Below are positions 1 through 7,833 of a stretch of 64,000 nt of DNA, piece by piece. The stretch lies in the IMG/VR virus record IMGVR_UViG_3300042486_001111, one strand, 5' to 3'. A model generated the notes under the pieces. That model had not been told where the DNA came from. It did no database searches and saw nothing but the letters and a program-made list of their open reading frames with translations. This stretch comes from a virus (taxonomy: Duplodnaviria; Heunggongvirae; Uroviricota; Caudoviricetes). The position numbers and the translations under genes are program-made. Numbering within the stretch: the first letter of the stretch is position 1; each line of letters begins with the position of its first letter.

Positions 1-294
1 CCAATCTCTGTCAGATAATTTGACATCATAATGGTAAACATGATTAGTGATACTAACCTGACGATCCTCTAAAACGACAAACAAATTAAGTGTTGCGTTT
101 TTGATGTACCTTTTTTCAGATAGAGGTGCAATCATAAATTTAGAATCTTTGTGAGATATCATCTTTCTACAGATGGCATTACAAATAGCCTCATTCTGAG
201 TTTTTTCCTCTTTAGGTTTTAGGGCTCTGTAATGTATCCATAAAGTATACTTCACATACATTCTTTTCCAAAGTCTTTTAAAAAAATTTTTCAT
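1..294 (-). CDS. Hypothetical protein, 3' end runs off the window (MKNFFKRLWKRMYVKY...)
   Basis: Manual translation: open frame from ATG at 294 to the window edge; Bacteroidota-type promoter just upstream (315-345). Confidence 0.75.
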   Translation of the reverse strand, partial: MKNFFKRLWKRMYVKYTLWIHYRALKPKEEKTQNEAICNAICRKMISHKDSKFMIAPLSEKRYIKNATLNLFVVLEDRQVSITNHVYHYDVKLSDRDW

Positions 295-314
295 AGTTAT
301 TTGTTTTATTTAGA

Positions 315-345
315 CAAAGATACAAATAATTTTCAATCTACCAAA
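315..345 (-). promoter_or_regulatory. Bacteroidota sigma70-type promoter (TTTG-N19-TATCTTTG)
   Basis: Exact match to the -33/-7 consensus; near-identical copy at 7780-7810. Confidence 0.8.
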
Positions 346-374
346 TTTTTTTTTATTTTTTTTAGTTTAGTACG

Positions 375-1043
375 TTATCCCCTATTATCAATAAAAATTA
401 ATATCTCACTATAATAGTTAATAAAATCATCACTCCAACAATAATTGGTGATGTCTATATCATCTAAACTATATATTTTAAAGTCTGTAAACACTCTTAG
501 GTATACGTCTCTAAACACTTTAAACTTATCTTTTAAGTCTTGTGTATTTAAGTGCCACTCACCAGATATTTTTCTTACATTTTCTTTAATCCAAAATAAA
601 TTCTCTACAGTAAATATATCATATTCACCACCTTCACAGTCTGTCTTAAGAAAATCTATTTGTTTAATATTATGATCCTTAATGACTTTAGAGAATGTTG
701 TGGAATATGATTTATTATTAGTGGTGTCCTCAAACAGATATTCAAATTCCATCTTACCAACTTTGTCCGTTATACCTTTATTGATGTAGGTTACAGGACC
801 GTGATTAGTATTTAAAACTAAATAAGGGAATTCGGATAAACTAGGTTCAAAACAAAAAATATGTGATGGGTTCTTTTCAATTATATTAAATGTGAACGGT
901 CCGATACTGGCACCAATGTCAAACACGACATCTCCTTCTTCAACATCAAATACTCTAGTGTAGATACTTCTATCAAACAATTCATTAGTGATGTGTTCTT
1001 TAAACACTTCATTCGTTTTACCCCAATTAAAAATTTTATCCAT
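375..1043 (-). CDS. FkbM-family SAM-dependent methyltransferase
   Basis: VVFDIGASIG (SAM-binding motif), FEP, and LKTDCEGGEY (FkbM KxDxEGxE motif). Confidence 0.85.
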   Translation of the reverse strand: MDKIFNWGKTNEVFKEHITNELFDRSIYTRVFDVEEGDVVFDIGASIGPFTFNIIEKNPSHIFCFEPSLSEFPYLVLNTNHGPVTYINKGITDKVGKMEFEYLFEDTTNNKSYSTTFSKVIKDHNIKQIDFLKTDCEGGEYDIFTVENLFWIKENVRKISGEWHLNTQDLKDKFKVFRDVYLRVFTDFKIYSLDDIDITNYCWSDDFINYYSEILIFIDNRG

Positions 1044-1654
1044 TATATTTTTTCTTCTTTAAACATTTTTTTTATTTCATCAGATAGTTTGTCATAATCC
1101 ATATCAAATTTATCTGACATAGAGTTAAGTATTCTTTTATTACCGTATGGTGAATTTCCAGGAACTGACCAATTCCTACTAGTCTTTAAATGGTTATAAA
1201 ATAATACATATGCATTTGCCTTTTTAGTATATGTGGGTACATCAATGGGTAGATTCCATTTTTTAATCATCTCCACACTCCTCTTCTCATTATCCAATTC
1301 CAAATCTCTGGCAATATCAATGTGTGATCTAATACCCACAATTTTTTTATCTTTGTTACCTAACCATTCCCACATTTTTTCTAAGGAAACACTTGCCCTA
1401 TCCCACAACTCTATTTTATCTAACCACTGTGTCATATGACAGAACTCGTGAACTAAAAGTTCTAAATAATCTTCCCTACCTTTGGCATACGCCAGTGTTG
1501 GCGGTTTGGTATTATCATCAAAAAAACCTGCACATTTAATATTGTCAGTTAACTTGATATATCTCCTTTTGTATTCTTTTACTTTCACACCATGTTTCTT
1601 ACATTCACTCTCTACATACTTAATGAAATTTTCCACATTAGTGTTTTTACTCAT
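1043..1654 (-). CDS. Hypothetical protein with HExxH (HEFCH) zinc-metalloprotease-like motif
   Basis: True start probably MSKNTN at 1654, overlapping the stop of the upstream small ORF; LLVHEFCH motif. Confidence 0.6.
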   Translation of the reverse strand: MSKNTNVENFIKYVESECKKHGVKVKEYKRRYIKLTDNIKCAGFFDDNTKPPTLAYAKGREDYLELLVHEFCHMTQWLDKIELWDRASVSLEKMWEWLGNKDKKIVGIRSHIDIARDLELDNEKRSVEMIKKWNLPIDVPTYTKKANAYVLFYNHLKTSRNWSVPGNSPYGNKRILNSMSDKFDMDYDKLSDEIKKMFKEEKI

Positions 1655-1805
1655 CTTTGTCTTTGTTTTTATGTTTACTCTTTCTATTATATAAATTTTT
1701 AGGGGTTTCTGATCTAGCCACAAAACGACCATCAAAGAAACCATCCTCTATTTGTTGGTGTCTTTCTTGAGTTCTTTTCATTTTATGTTGATCATACTTT
1801 TTCAT
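1647..1805 (-). CDS. 52-aa basic peptide, ArfA-like ribosome-rescue factor candidate
   Basis: Manual translation MKKYDQHKMKRTQERHQQIEDGFFDGRFVARSETPKNLYNRKSKHKNKDKDE; F-x-x-R...Y-x-RK-x-KH motif; below the ORF-track length cutoff. Confidence 0.5.
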   Translation of the reverse strand: MKKYDQHKMKRTQERHQQIEDGFFDGRFVARSETPKNLYNRKSKHKNKDKDE

Positions 1806-1809
1806 AACC

Positions 1810-2436
1810 TTAAAATTCTTTGTCTAACTTTTCAATCTTTTCAACTTCTGGTTTATCCATCACACATTTAATTTTTGTGGATGAGTCATCTTTTCTATGT
1901 GAAAAATGAATATGAGAATCAACAGTCATATCTGATCTATGCGGATTTCTTTTCCACCTTTCATTTCGTATTACTTGTACAATATCAAATGACATTCTAC
2001 AACTATCATCCACATTTTCATTATAGATACCCCAAGAACCATTTCTAGTCATTAATGGATCATTAATCAACATGTTACGAGGTTGCACTAACATCTCATC
2101 AACATTATCTCTAATATTATGATACCTACCATAATCAGTACTCAATTTCACATCTTTTAGTTTCTTCCATTCCTTTTCCTTACACCAATGTCCAGTTTCT
2201 TTACTAACAGAACCATTTATTAACGCCTTACCATCTTTAATCTCTAATATTTCACCTTGTGGAGTTCTATCCCCAACCTCTGGTTGTCTTTTAGGTCTAC
2301 AAACTTCCTCTAAATATACTTCAAAGGTTGGGTGATCTTTGATAACCTCAAATTGCCCAATACCTACTCTAGAGTAAAAGTCTAATGCCTTTTCTACTAA
2401 CCAAAGTTGTTCGTCAGTTAATTCTAAATTATTCAT
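1810..2436 (-). CDS. Hypothetical phage protein
   Basis: 208-aa ORF in a tightly packed co-directional array. Confidence 0.75.
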   Translation of the reverse strand: MNNLELTDEQLWLVEKALDFYSRVGIGQFEVIKDHPTFEVYLEEVCRPKRQPEVGDRTPQGEILEIKDGKALINGSVSKETGHWCKEKEWKKLKDVKLSTDYGRYHNIRDNVDEMLVQPRNMLINDPLMTRNGSWGIYNENVDDSCRMSFDIVQVIRNERWKRNPHRSDMTVDSHIHFSHRKDDSSTKIKCVMDKPEVEKIEKLDKEF

Positions 2437-2815
2437 TTGTTTTGTCTTTTAAATATTGTTTTACATATTCATACGTTGATTCAAATGAGAAACAAATAGG
2501 GTTACCATTTTCATCGTGTGCACCATAAGATTTCACAGGATCACTTTCGATTACTTTACCAGACACACTATCTATTGTTGGGTATTTAGACCAATCTTTT
2601 TGTCCCCAATCATTTTCAAAAATAAACCAATTTATCCAATCAATCCCTTCTTCAGTATAATGTGATTCTAAACAGGACTCAAACATAATATATACGTTAT
2701 CCGACATACGGTACTTACCCTCTAAAAGATCGAAACCAATATCATATAATTCACTAATGTCCTCACTAATTTTTTTATATGACATTAATATTTTTAAAAA
2801 TTCTTCGTAAGTCAT
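2429..2815 (-). CDS. Hypothetical phage protein
   Basis: 128-aa ORF overlapping its neighbours. Confidence 0.75.
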   Translation of the reverse strand: MTYEEFLKILMSYKKISEDISELYDIGFDLLEGKYRMSDNVYIMFESCLESHYTEEGIDWINWFIFENDWGQKDWSKYPTIDSVSGKVIESDPVKSYGAHDENGNPICFSFESTYEYVKQYLKDKTNE

Positions 2816-3084
2816 AATCTTTTAGTATTTAAAATTATTTTATCGTCTATTTTTTCAATAGACTCTACAATTAAACCTTTTAAGTCATCATGTATATAAC
2901 CCATATCCATACCTAGTCCAATATATGGTCCACCCATAGGATCAACTGCAGTATATTTTGGATTACCATTTTCATCTAAATTAAATAGAGATCTGTAAAA
3001 ATCCCCACCTTTCATTTCAAATGATTCACCTTCACCAATGAAACTAATAGTTTCATCATGTCTATTTTTAAAATTATATTCCAT
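2812..3084 (-). CDS. Hypothetical phage protein
   Basis: 90-aa ORF with 4-bp overlap to the next gene. Confidence 0.7.
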   Translation of the reverse strand: MEYNFKNRHDETISFIGEGESFEMKGGDFYRSLFNLDENGNPKYTAVDPMGGPYIGLGMDMGYIHDDLKGLIVESIEKIDDKIILNTKRL

Positions 3085-3463
3085 CTTTCTTATTTTTTAT
3101 TTTCATATATTCCCCATCACAAAGAGTTCTATACCAACCTATGTCAGTTCTTAAAGTTCCTGGTTCGCCAGTTACTTCACAAATTTCATAACTCTTATTT
3201 TCTGCCTCTGTTATTCTTTTGAATATTTCATCACTACCACCATTAATATAGAACCTTAGTCCTCCGAACTTTTCTTTAACTTGAGTTACTTGTTTATCCC
3301 AACCCAATTTAATTAAATCTTCTATAAGTTCTTTGATGAGTTTTAACCACCCATTGTCCACTTCAAAATAACCACAATCTTTAATTGGTGGTTTTTCAGT
3401 TCTCCAACCGTTTTCTAATCCACCTATAGAAATTAGAAAATCATTCATTTCTTCTTCTGTCAT
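3074..3463 (-). CDS. Conserved phage hypothetical protein (QVKEKFGGLRFY family)
   Basis: QVKEKFGGLRFY plus C-terminal ICEVTG/TLC motif common in large phages. Confidence 0.75.
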   Translation of the reverse strand: MTEEEMNDFLISIGGLENGWRTEKPPIKDCGYFEVDNGWLKLIKELIEDLIKLGWDKQVTQVKEKFGGLRFYINGGSDEIFKRITEAENKSYEICEVTGEPGTLRTDIGWYRTLCDGEYMKIKNKKDGI

Positions 3464-3473
3464 ATATTTTATT

Positions 3474-3734
3474 TTAAACTATAAGTCTATCGATATCAAT
3501 ACCTCTTTCAGATAATTGTTCATTCAATTTTTCAAAAACTGAATCTATTCCATCATATACTGTAAGTTCCTCACCTTTTTCTTCTCTCCCTTCGAATTCA
3601 TAATATAATCTTTTTTTAATATTATAAACCATTTCAAATAGGACCAAAGACATATCAGTAGACTTAGTACATCTTTCGAATTCCATTTTATCGTCAAAAT
3701 CTGTTAAATCAAATTCCAATTTTGCTTTACTCAT
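3474..3734 (-). CDS. Hypothetical phage protein
   Basis: 86-aa ORF in the operon. Confidence 0.7.
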   Translation of the reverse strand: MSKAKLEFDLTDFDDKMEFERCTKSTDMSLVLFEMVYNIKKRLYYEFEGREEKGEELTVYDGIDSVFEKLNEQLSERGIDIDRLIV

Positions 3735-3747
3735 AATAATTTAATTT

Positions 3748-4098
3748 TTATTTCCAAAATAATTGTATCATTAATATTAAAAATGATAAAAATAAACAGA
3801 CATATGTTTTTGTTGTCAAAGGCTCATCAAATACTTTCCAACTTAATAATGTAAATACCATTGCCCCAATACTGAACCCTATCAATCTGGACGGCCACAT
3901 TTCACCATTAAATGCGGTTATCATATTTTTTACTGAATACATAAATAACATTGAAATTGGGATACCTGCCAATACTGTTAACCAGTAATTATCTCTAATC
4001 CAATTATATTTAAGTTGTCCTTGTAGTTGGAAGAAAGTTAATATTTGCGCAAAAAACCCAACCAACATACCAACTAAAAGATTATTTTTATTTATCAT
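3748..4098 (-). CDS. Small multi-pass membrane protein (SMR/DMT-like size, about 4 TM)
   Basis: 116 aa with four hydrophobic segments. Confidence 0.6.
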   Translation of the reverse strand: MINKNNLLVGMLVGFFAQILTFFQLQGQLKYNWIRDNYWLTVLAGIPISMLFMYSVKNMITAFNGEMWPSRLIGFSIGAMVFTLLSWKVFDEPLTTKTYVCLFLSFLILMIQLFWK

Positions 4099-4109
4099 TT
4101 ATTTTTTTA

Positions 4110-4262
4110 TTATTTAAAAATATTATGTTTTTCAAATTCATCGTCTAATTCTTTTTGTATCTTTTTATCGTTAATGAATTTAGAATCTTCCCACGCCTCT
4201 TTAATATCACCCCATTTTATCCACAACCTAAAAAAGTCATATATTAGTTTAATTTTATTCAC
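4110..4262 (-). CDS. Small hypothetical protein (50 aa, GTG start)
   Basis: Manual translation MNKIKLIYDFFRLWIKWGD...; fills the gap and overlaps the upstream stop. Confidence 0.55.
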   Translation of the reverse strand: MNKIKLIYDFFRLWIKWGDIKEAWEDSKFINDKKIQKELDDEFEKHNIFK

Positions 4263-4461
4263 CCTTTAATAATTTTTCTTTACAATAATTATAAATTTCT
4301 TTAGCCCTATCATACTTATCCACTCTTTCATTCCAAATCACAGTAACAATATAATAAGCCTCCCAATAACTACAATTTTCAATTACATTTATATACTCCT
4401 CAACAGGAACACCCAACTCTTGTGCAATTCCCTGATCCACCATATTAAATACACCTATCAT
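4255..4461 (-). CDS. Hypothetical phage protein
   Basis: 68-aa ORF in the operon. Confidence 0.65.
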   Translation of the reverse strand: MIGVFNMVDQGIAQELGVPVEEYINVIENCSYWEAYYIVTVIWNERVDKYDRAKEIYNYCKEKLLKGE

Positions 4462-4462
4462 A

Positions 4463-5035
4463 TTATTTTAAAAATTTAAGTATTTTATCTTTAATCCCTG
4501 ATTGTTTAATACCTTCATGTCCTCTTGGCGTTAAAACAAAATTATCCAATCCCCAATCTTTCCAATCTTCACCATTCTTACCCATATCTAGATCATCAAC
4601 CGCAACCCAATGTGTAATCTCAGGATGATCGTGTAGATATTGTTTTATCTCAATAACTCTAGTCATTTCTAAATCCCATCTCGGTGACCATATCCAAACC
4701 ATATCATTGTACCAATTACACTGTCCTAAGTTTGGTGTTAAATCTATTGGCTTTTTAATAATACCCTGAGATTCGTAATACTCACCCATCTCTTCTAAGT
4801 TTGCCCATCGTTTCCAATCGGATGAGGTGACAATCTCAGTACCAGTTTCTTCTATAATTTTATTAAGAATCTTAATTGCTTTTTGATTGAAGTTATCAAA
4901 TCGGTACTCCAAAGGGAAATCCCCCATAGACATAGATAACTTACGACCATCCCATTTTTCTTGTTTCTTACGTCTCCCACCCCATTCTGAAGATAAACAA
5001 ATTACCCCATCATGATCTAAAAATATAACTTTCAT
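4463..5035 (-). CDS. HAD-superfamily phosphatase (Swiss-Army-knife RNA-repair HAD type)
   Basis: N-terminal KVIFLDHDGVI (DxD), IVTSSDWK, VAVDDLD. Confidence 0.8.
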   Translation of the reverse strand: MKVIFLDHDGVICLSSEWGGRRKKQEKWDGRKLSMSMGDFPLEYRFDNFNQKAIKILNKIIEETGTEIVTSSDWKRWANLEEMGEYYESQGIIKKPIDLTPNLGQCNWYNDMVWIWSPRWDLEMTRVIEIKQYLHDHPEITHWVAVDDLDMGKNGEDWKDWGLDNFVLTPRGHEGIKQSGIKDKILKFLK

Positions 5036-5340
5036 ATATAAATTTTATTATCTAAACAATATTTTACAATATAGTTTTTTAAATTGATTATTGTTTCTTT
5101 AAAATCCACTCTTTTGAATTCATTCTCCCATCTTTCACCTTCATTATCCTCTTGTAATAAATCGGAACAACTTTTACTAATCTCAGAAATAAGTTGTTTA
5201 AGTGCTACAGTCTGATCAACTACTTGATTATTCTCAATAACCAAATCTTCCAATTCTCTACAATACTCAACTAACTCCATAACTTCAGGTTCATCCATTA
5301 GTGTGGTGTTATTTTTGAATATTTGGTTGATTGACTTCAT
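5032..5340 (-). CDS. Hypothetical phage protein
   Basis: 102-aa ORF with 4-bp overlaps. Confidence 0.7.
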   Translation of the reverse strand: MKSINQIFKNNTTLMDEPEVMELVEYCRELEDLVIENNQVVDQTVALKQLISEISKSCSDLLQEDNEGERWENEFKRVDFKETIINLKNYIVKYCLDNKIYI

Positions 5341-6029
5341 ACGAATTCCATTTCATTTGTTTCAGTATCCCAAATCACATTAACAGGTTTGTTTCGATAT
5401 TCGTATCTATCATTTAACACTGACGCATTAATATAATGCGTATTACCATCAAACACATACCCATAACCCTCATGTATGTGCCCAAATACGTGAATTTTTG
5501 GTTTTATTTCTTCAACACGTTTCATAAGTTCTTCACACCCAACGTTCTCATTTCCATAACGGACATAATCTAACTTCCCAAAAGGTGGACCGTGAGTGAT
5601 AAGAATATCCGTATCCACAGGAATCATATCCCATTTCTCTTTTAACTTTTCACCTCTAGGTAAATTAAATGCCCAATTAAAAAACTCTGGTTGCCAAGGT
5701 GTACCATAAATTACTAACTGTTGATCTTCATCGTCCCAAAGATCCATTCTTTCGTCCTGAAGATATTCAACGTTCTTATATCCTGTTAATAAACCTATTA
5801 GTTTTTCATAATCGTTCTCAAACCCAAAATCGTGATTCCCCGCAATAAAAACTTTAAAGTCGTAATTGTCTATACTATCAAACCACTTTAAAAAGTTTTC
5901 AATCTCAGTAATATACCCTCGACTAGATATGTCACCCGCACAAATAAGAATATCTCCACCAGTTAAAAAACTGTTTAGTTTTTCGTGTTTGGTGTGTGTA
6001 TCACTTATAAATGTTATTTTCTTTTTCAT
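5337..6029 (-). CDS. Calcineurin-like metallophosphoesterase (MPPED/239FB type)
   Basis: ISDTH, AGD, IAGNHD, LITHGPP and FGHIHE motifs. Confidence 0.9.
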   Translation of the reverse strand: MKKKITFISDTHTKHEKLNSFLTGGDILICAGDISSRGYITEIENFLKWFDSIDNYDFKVFIAGNHDFGFENDYEKLIGLLTGYKNVEYLQDERMDLWDDEDQQLVIYGTPWQPEFFNWAFNLPRGEKLKEKWDMIPVDTDILITHGPPFGKLDYVRYGNENVGCEELMKRVEEIKPKIHVFGHIHEGYGYVFDGNTHYINASVLNDRYEYRNKPVNVIWDTETNEMEFV

Positions 6030-6031
6030 AA

Positions 6032-6196
6032 TTAATCAAAAAAACCACCAAAATATAATAATGTTAGATGTATTGTTACACCTATCATAGTAACAAAGAC
6101 ACTGTGATTCCCTTCTTTTGGTTTACCGTGTAAATAAGAAGAAATCATTAAGTTAAGTCCAATAAGACTTAGTAAGATAATTTGTGGAACCCCCAT
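6032..6196 (-). CDS. Small 2-TM membrane protein
   Basis: Start likely MGVPQ at 6196 because the promoter at 6215-6246 overlaps the longer predicted start; two hydrophobic helices. Confidence 0.6.
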   Translation of the reverse strand: MGVPQIILLSLIGLNLMISSYLHGKPKEGNHSVFVTMIGVTIHLTLLYFGGFFD

Positions 6197-6214
6197 AATA
6201 TATAATTTAGTAAA

Positions 6215-6246
6215 CAAATATAGTTATTATTTCCCATAAAAACAAA
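6215..6246 (-). promoter_or_regulatory. Bacteroidota-type promoter (TTTG-N20-TATATTTG)
   Basis: Consensus match; drives the gene array downstream of tRNA operon 1. Confidence 0.75.
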
Positions 6247-6265
6247 TGTTTTAACATTTTTATAG

Positions 6266-6340
6266 TACCAAAGGTGAGATTCGAACTCACAAACCTTTGT
6301 TTCTAAGACAAAGAGGTATACCTATTCCCGTCACTTTGGT
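6266..6340 (-). tRNA. tRNA-Leu(UAG), short variable loop
   Basis: Acceptor ACCAAAG/CTTTGGT, anticodon arm TTTGT-CTTAGAA-ACAAA, T-arm GTGAG-TTCGAAT-CTCAC. Confidence 0.85.
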
Positions 6341-6346
6341 ATTTTG

Positions 6347-6419
6347 AGCAGGTGGAGAGAATCGAACTCTCGTCCTCTGATTGGAAGTCAGACATAATAA
6401 GCCACTATACGACACCTGC
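6347..6419 (-). tRNA. tRNA-Gly(UCC)
   Basis: GCAGGTG/CACCTGC, TCTGA-CTTCCAA-TCAGA, U73. Confidence 0.95.
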
Positions 6420-6428
6420 ATAATTAGT

Positions 6429-6554
6429 TTACCTAATTTTTAATTTTTTAAAGATATTGATTATCTTTTTGAGATTGAGATTACTTCTCCTACTCAAAAG
6501 AAAGTTCACATTTTCTTTTGATGATTTAAACGTTCCTTTTACTACTACTTTCAT
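6429..6554 (-). CDS. Small basic ORF (41 aa) inside tRNA operon 1
   Basis: Manual translation MKVVVKGTFKSSKENVNFLLSRRSNLNLKKIINIFKKLKIR. Confidence 0.4.
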   Translation of the reverse strand: MKVVVKGTFKSSKENVNFLLSRRSNLNLKKIINIFKKLKIR

Positions 6555-6569
6555 ATTATTTATTTTTTG

Positions 6570-6643
6570 TGGATACATCTCGGCTTCGAACCGAGGACTC
6601 CTGAGTGCAAATCAGGTATGATAGCCAGCTTCATCAATGACCC
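6570..6643 (-). tRNA. tRNA-Ala(UGC), one-nt bulge in the acceptor stem
   Basis: CCTGA-TTTGCAC-TCAGG; G3:U70 retained; 3' strand ATGTATCC has one extra T. Confidence 0.8.
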
Positions 6644-6648
6644 ATTAG

Positions 6649-6723
6649 TTGCGGGGGAGGGACTCGAACCCACGTAGTTCGGCTTATGAGACCGAGCTGG
6701 AACCACCTCCAGTCTACCCCGCA
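6649..6723 (-). tRNA. tRNA-Met(CAU), initiator-like acceptor
   Basis: TGCGGGG/CCCCGCA, TCGGT-CTCATAA-GCCGA. Confidence 0.85.
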
Positions 6724-6755
6724 ATTTTTAATTACACCGAATTCGGTATATTTAG

Positions 6756-6830
6756 TTCTCCCGACAGGATTCGAACCTGTGACTCCCTCATTAAAAGTGA
6801 GGTGCTCTAAACCAACTGAGCTACGAGAGA
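6756..6830 (-). tRNA. tRNA-Lys(UUU)
   Basis: TCTCTCG/CGGGAGA, CCTCA-CTTTTAA-TGAGG. Confidence 0.95.
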
Positions 6831-6836
6831 TTGTTG

Positions 6837-6908
6837 AGGTTCCGCTCAGATTCGAACTGAGGACACATGATTACAAATCAAGCGTTTTACCAACTAAACT
6901 ACAGAACC
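6837..6908 (-). tRNA. tRNA-Thr(UGU)
   Basis: GGTTCTG/CGGAACC, CTTGA-TTTGTAA-TCATG (one mismatch). Confidence 0.9.
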
Positions 6909-6955
6909 TTATTATCACCCGTATGGTAACCGCTTGATTAACGGGCGAAAAATAG

Positions 6956-7028
6956 TAGTCTCTGTAGGGTTCGAACCTACGACATCTTGCATGTAAAACA
7001 AGCACTCTACCAACTGAGTTAAGAGACT
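6956..7028 (-). tRNA. tRNA-Val(UAC)
   Basis: AGTCTCT/AGAGACT, CTTGT-TTTACAT-GCAAG. Confidence 0.95.
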
Positions 7029-7032
7029 GTTG

Positions 7033-7116
7033 CGGAAGAGTGAGGTATCGATCCCCATACCCGAAGGTACCACTAGTTTTCAAGACTAGGTCCAGCGCCA
7101 GCTGAATTACTCTTCC
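7033..7116 (-). tRNA. tRNA-Ser(UGA)
   Basis: GGAAGAG/CTCTTCC, CTAGT-CTTGAAA-ACTAG, long variable arm, G73. Confidence 0.9.
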
Positions 7117-7132
7117 AGTTTTTTTCAATACG

Positions 7133-7141
7133 TCAAAGAAC
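7133..7141 (-). promoter_or_regulatory. boxA-like antitermination element GTTCTTTGA
   Basis: Same 9-mer also at 8891, 13619 and 21370, each 5' of RNA genes. Confidence 0.6.
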
Positions 7142-7142
7142 T

Positions 7143-7176
7143 AAAAACAAAAAACCCTAAGTTTTCACTTAGGGTT
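7143..7176 (-). terminator. Attenuator intrinsic terminator of tRNA operon 1
   Basis: AACCCTAAG-TGAAAA-CTTAGGGTT followed by TTTTGTTTTT, located upstream of the first tRNA. Confidence 0.85.
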
Positions 7177-7203
7177 CCCATTTATAGTATTAAAATTTTA
7201 CGA

Positions 7204-7302
7204 TTAACTAATGTGACATACCCTAAGTATTGGATGAAGCGAATCCGCCCCTTCCATTTTCGTCTTAACGACCTCTAGTCTGTATGTGAATGTAGTTAAC
7301 AT
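7204..7302 (-). CDS. Leader peptide 1 (32 aa, MLTTFTYRLEVVKTKMEGADSLHPILRVCHIS)
   Basis: Manual translation; lies between promoter and terminator; contains the antiterminator strand CTTAGGGT (7220-7227). Confidence 0.8.
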   Translation of the reverse strand: MLTTFTYRLEVVKTKMEGADSLHPILRVCHIS

Positions 7303-7334
7303 TGAATTTTTATTTGTTTTTAATTAAATATACA

Positions 7335-7366
7335 CAAATATACAAAAGTTTAAACAAAAAGTCAAA
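7335..7366 (-). promoter_or_regulatory. Bacteroidota-type promoter of tRNA operon 1 (TTTG-N20-TATATTTG)
   Basis: Consensus match; 39-nt block 7315-7353 is identical to 9158-9196. Confidence 0.85.
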
Positions 7367-7385
7367 TATTTTTAAAAAAATATTT

Positions 7386-7760
7386 TTATTTCATATTATC
7401 CATAGTAAGTTTATCTGCAATATAAACGTGTTTTAATTCCATTTTGAATTTATTTTCGAACCACTCCTTAAAAAAATAAAGGAATGATTTGTTAGATTCA
7501 AATTCTGGTGATTCTTTAATAAAGTTTTTATAAACTTCATATCTTATTTCAAGAAAACCCCCAAACGCAAAATATGTCATAATAACATTAGGTAGTGTTA
7601 ATTCAATTGAATTAGGTTTTGTCCAAATTCTTTTTCTAATCGATTTACCGTTAAAAACATGTATCACATTTTTTTCCTTTTTAAACCTAACTTCTTTAAA
7701 TAAAGAATTAAATGTATCCTCACCAATTTTTTTTTCTGTAATTACCATATCTTTTCCCAT
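7386..7760 (-). CDS. Hypothetical protein between the two tRNA operons
   Basis: 124-aa ORF with its own promoter at 7780-7810. Confidence 0.7.
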   Translation of the reverse strand: MGKDMVITEKKIGEDTFNSLFKEVRFKKEKNVIHVFNGKSIRKRIWTKPNSIELTLPNVIMTYFAFGGFLEIRYEVYKNFIKESPEFESNKSFLYFFKEWFENKFKMELKHVYIADKLTMDNMK

Positions 7761-7779
7761 AGTTTTTGATTTATTTAGA

Positions 7780-7810
7780 CAAAGATATGAATAATTTTCA
7801 TTCTACCAAA
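7780..7810 (-). promoter_or_regulatory. Bacteroidota-type promoter (TTTG-N19-TATCTTTG)
   Basis: Consensus match, near-duplicate of 315-345. Confidence 0.8.
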
Positions 7811-7833
7811 TTTTTTAACGTTATTTTTATTTG

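Noticed and set aside
1655-1744. N-terminal extension of the 1043-1744 ORF
   Set aside because: The region is better explained by the overlapping ArfA-like ORF in another frame; the start was moved to 1654.
6266-6340. Possible amber suppressor tRNA or genome recoding
   Set aside because: The anticodon is UAG (reads CUA, Leu), not CUA. Long genes such as the 2672-aa ORF are intact in the standard code, so there is no sign of stop-codon reassignment.
6916-6947. Hairpin between tRNA-Val and tRNA-Thr (CGCCCGT...ACGGGTG)
   Set aside because: Too short, with no T or D loop consensus to call a tRNA or ncRNA; noted only as a possible remnant.
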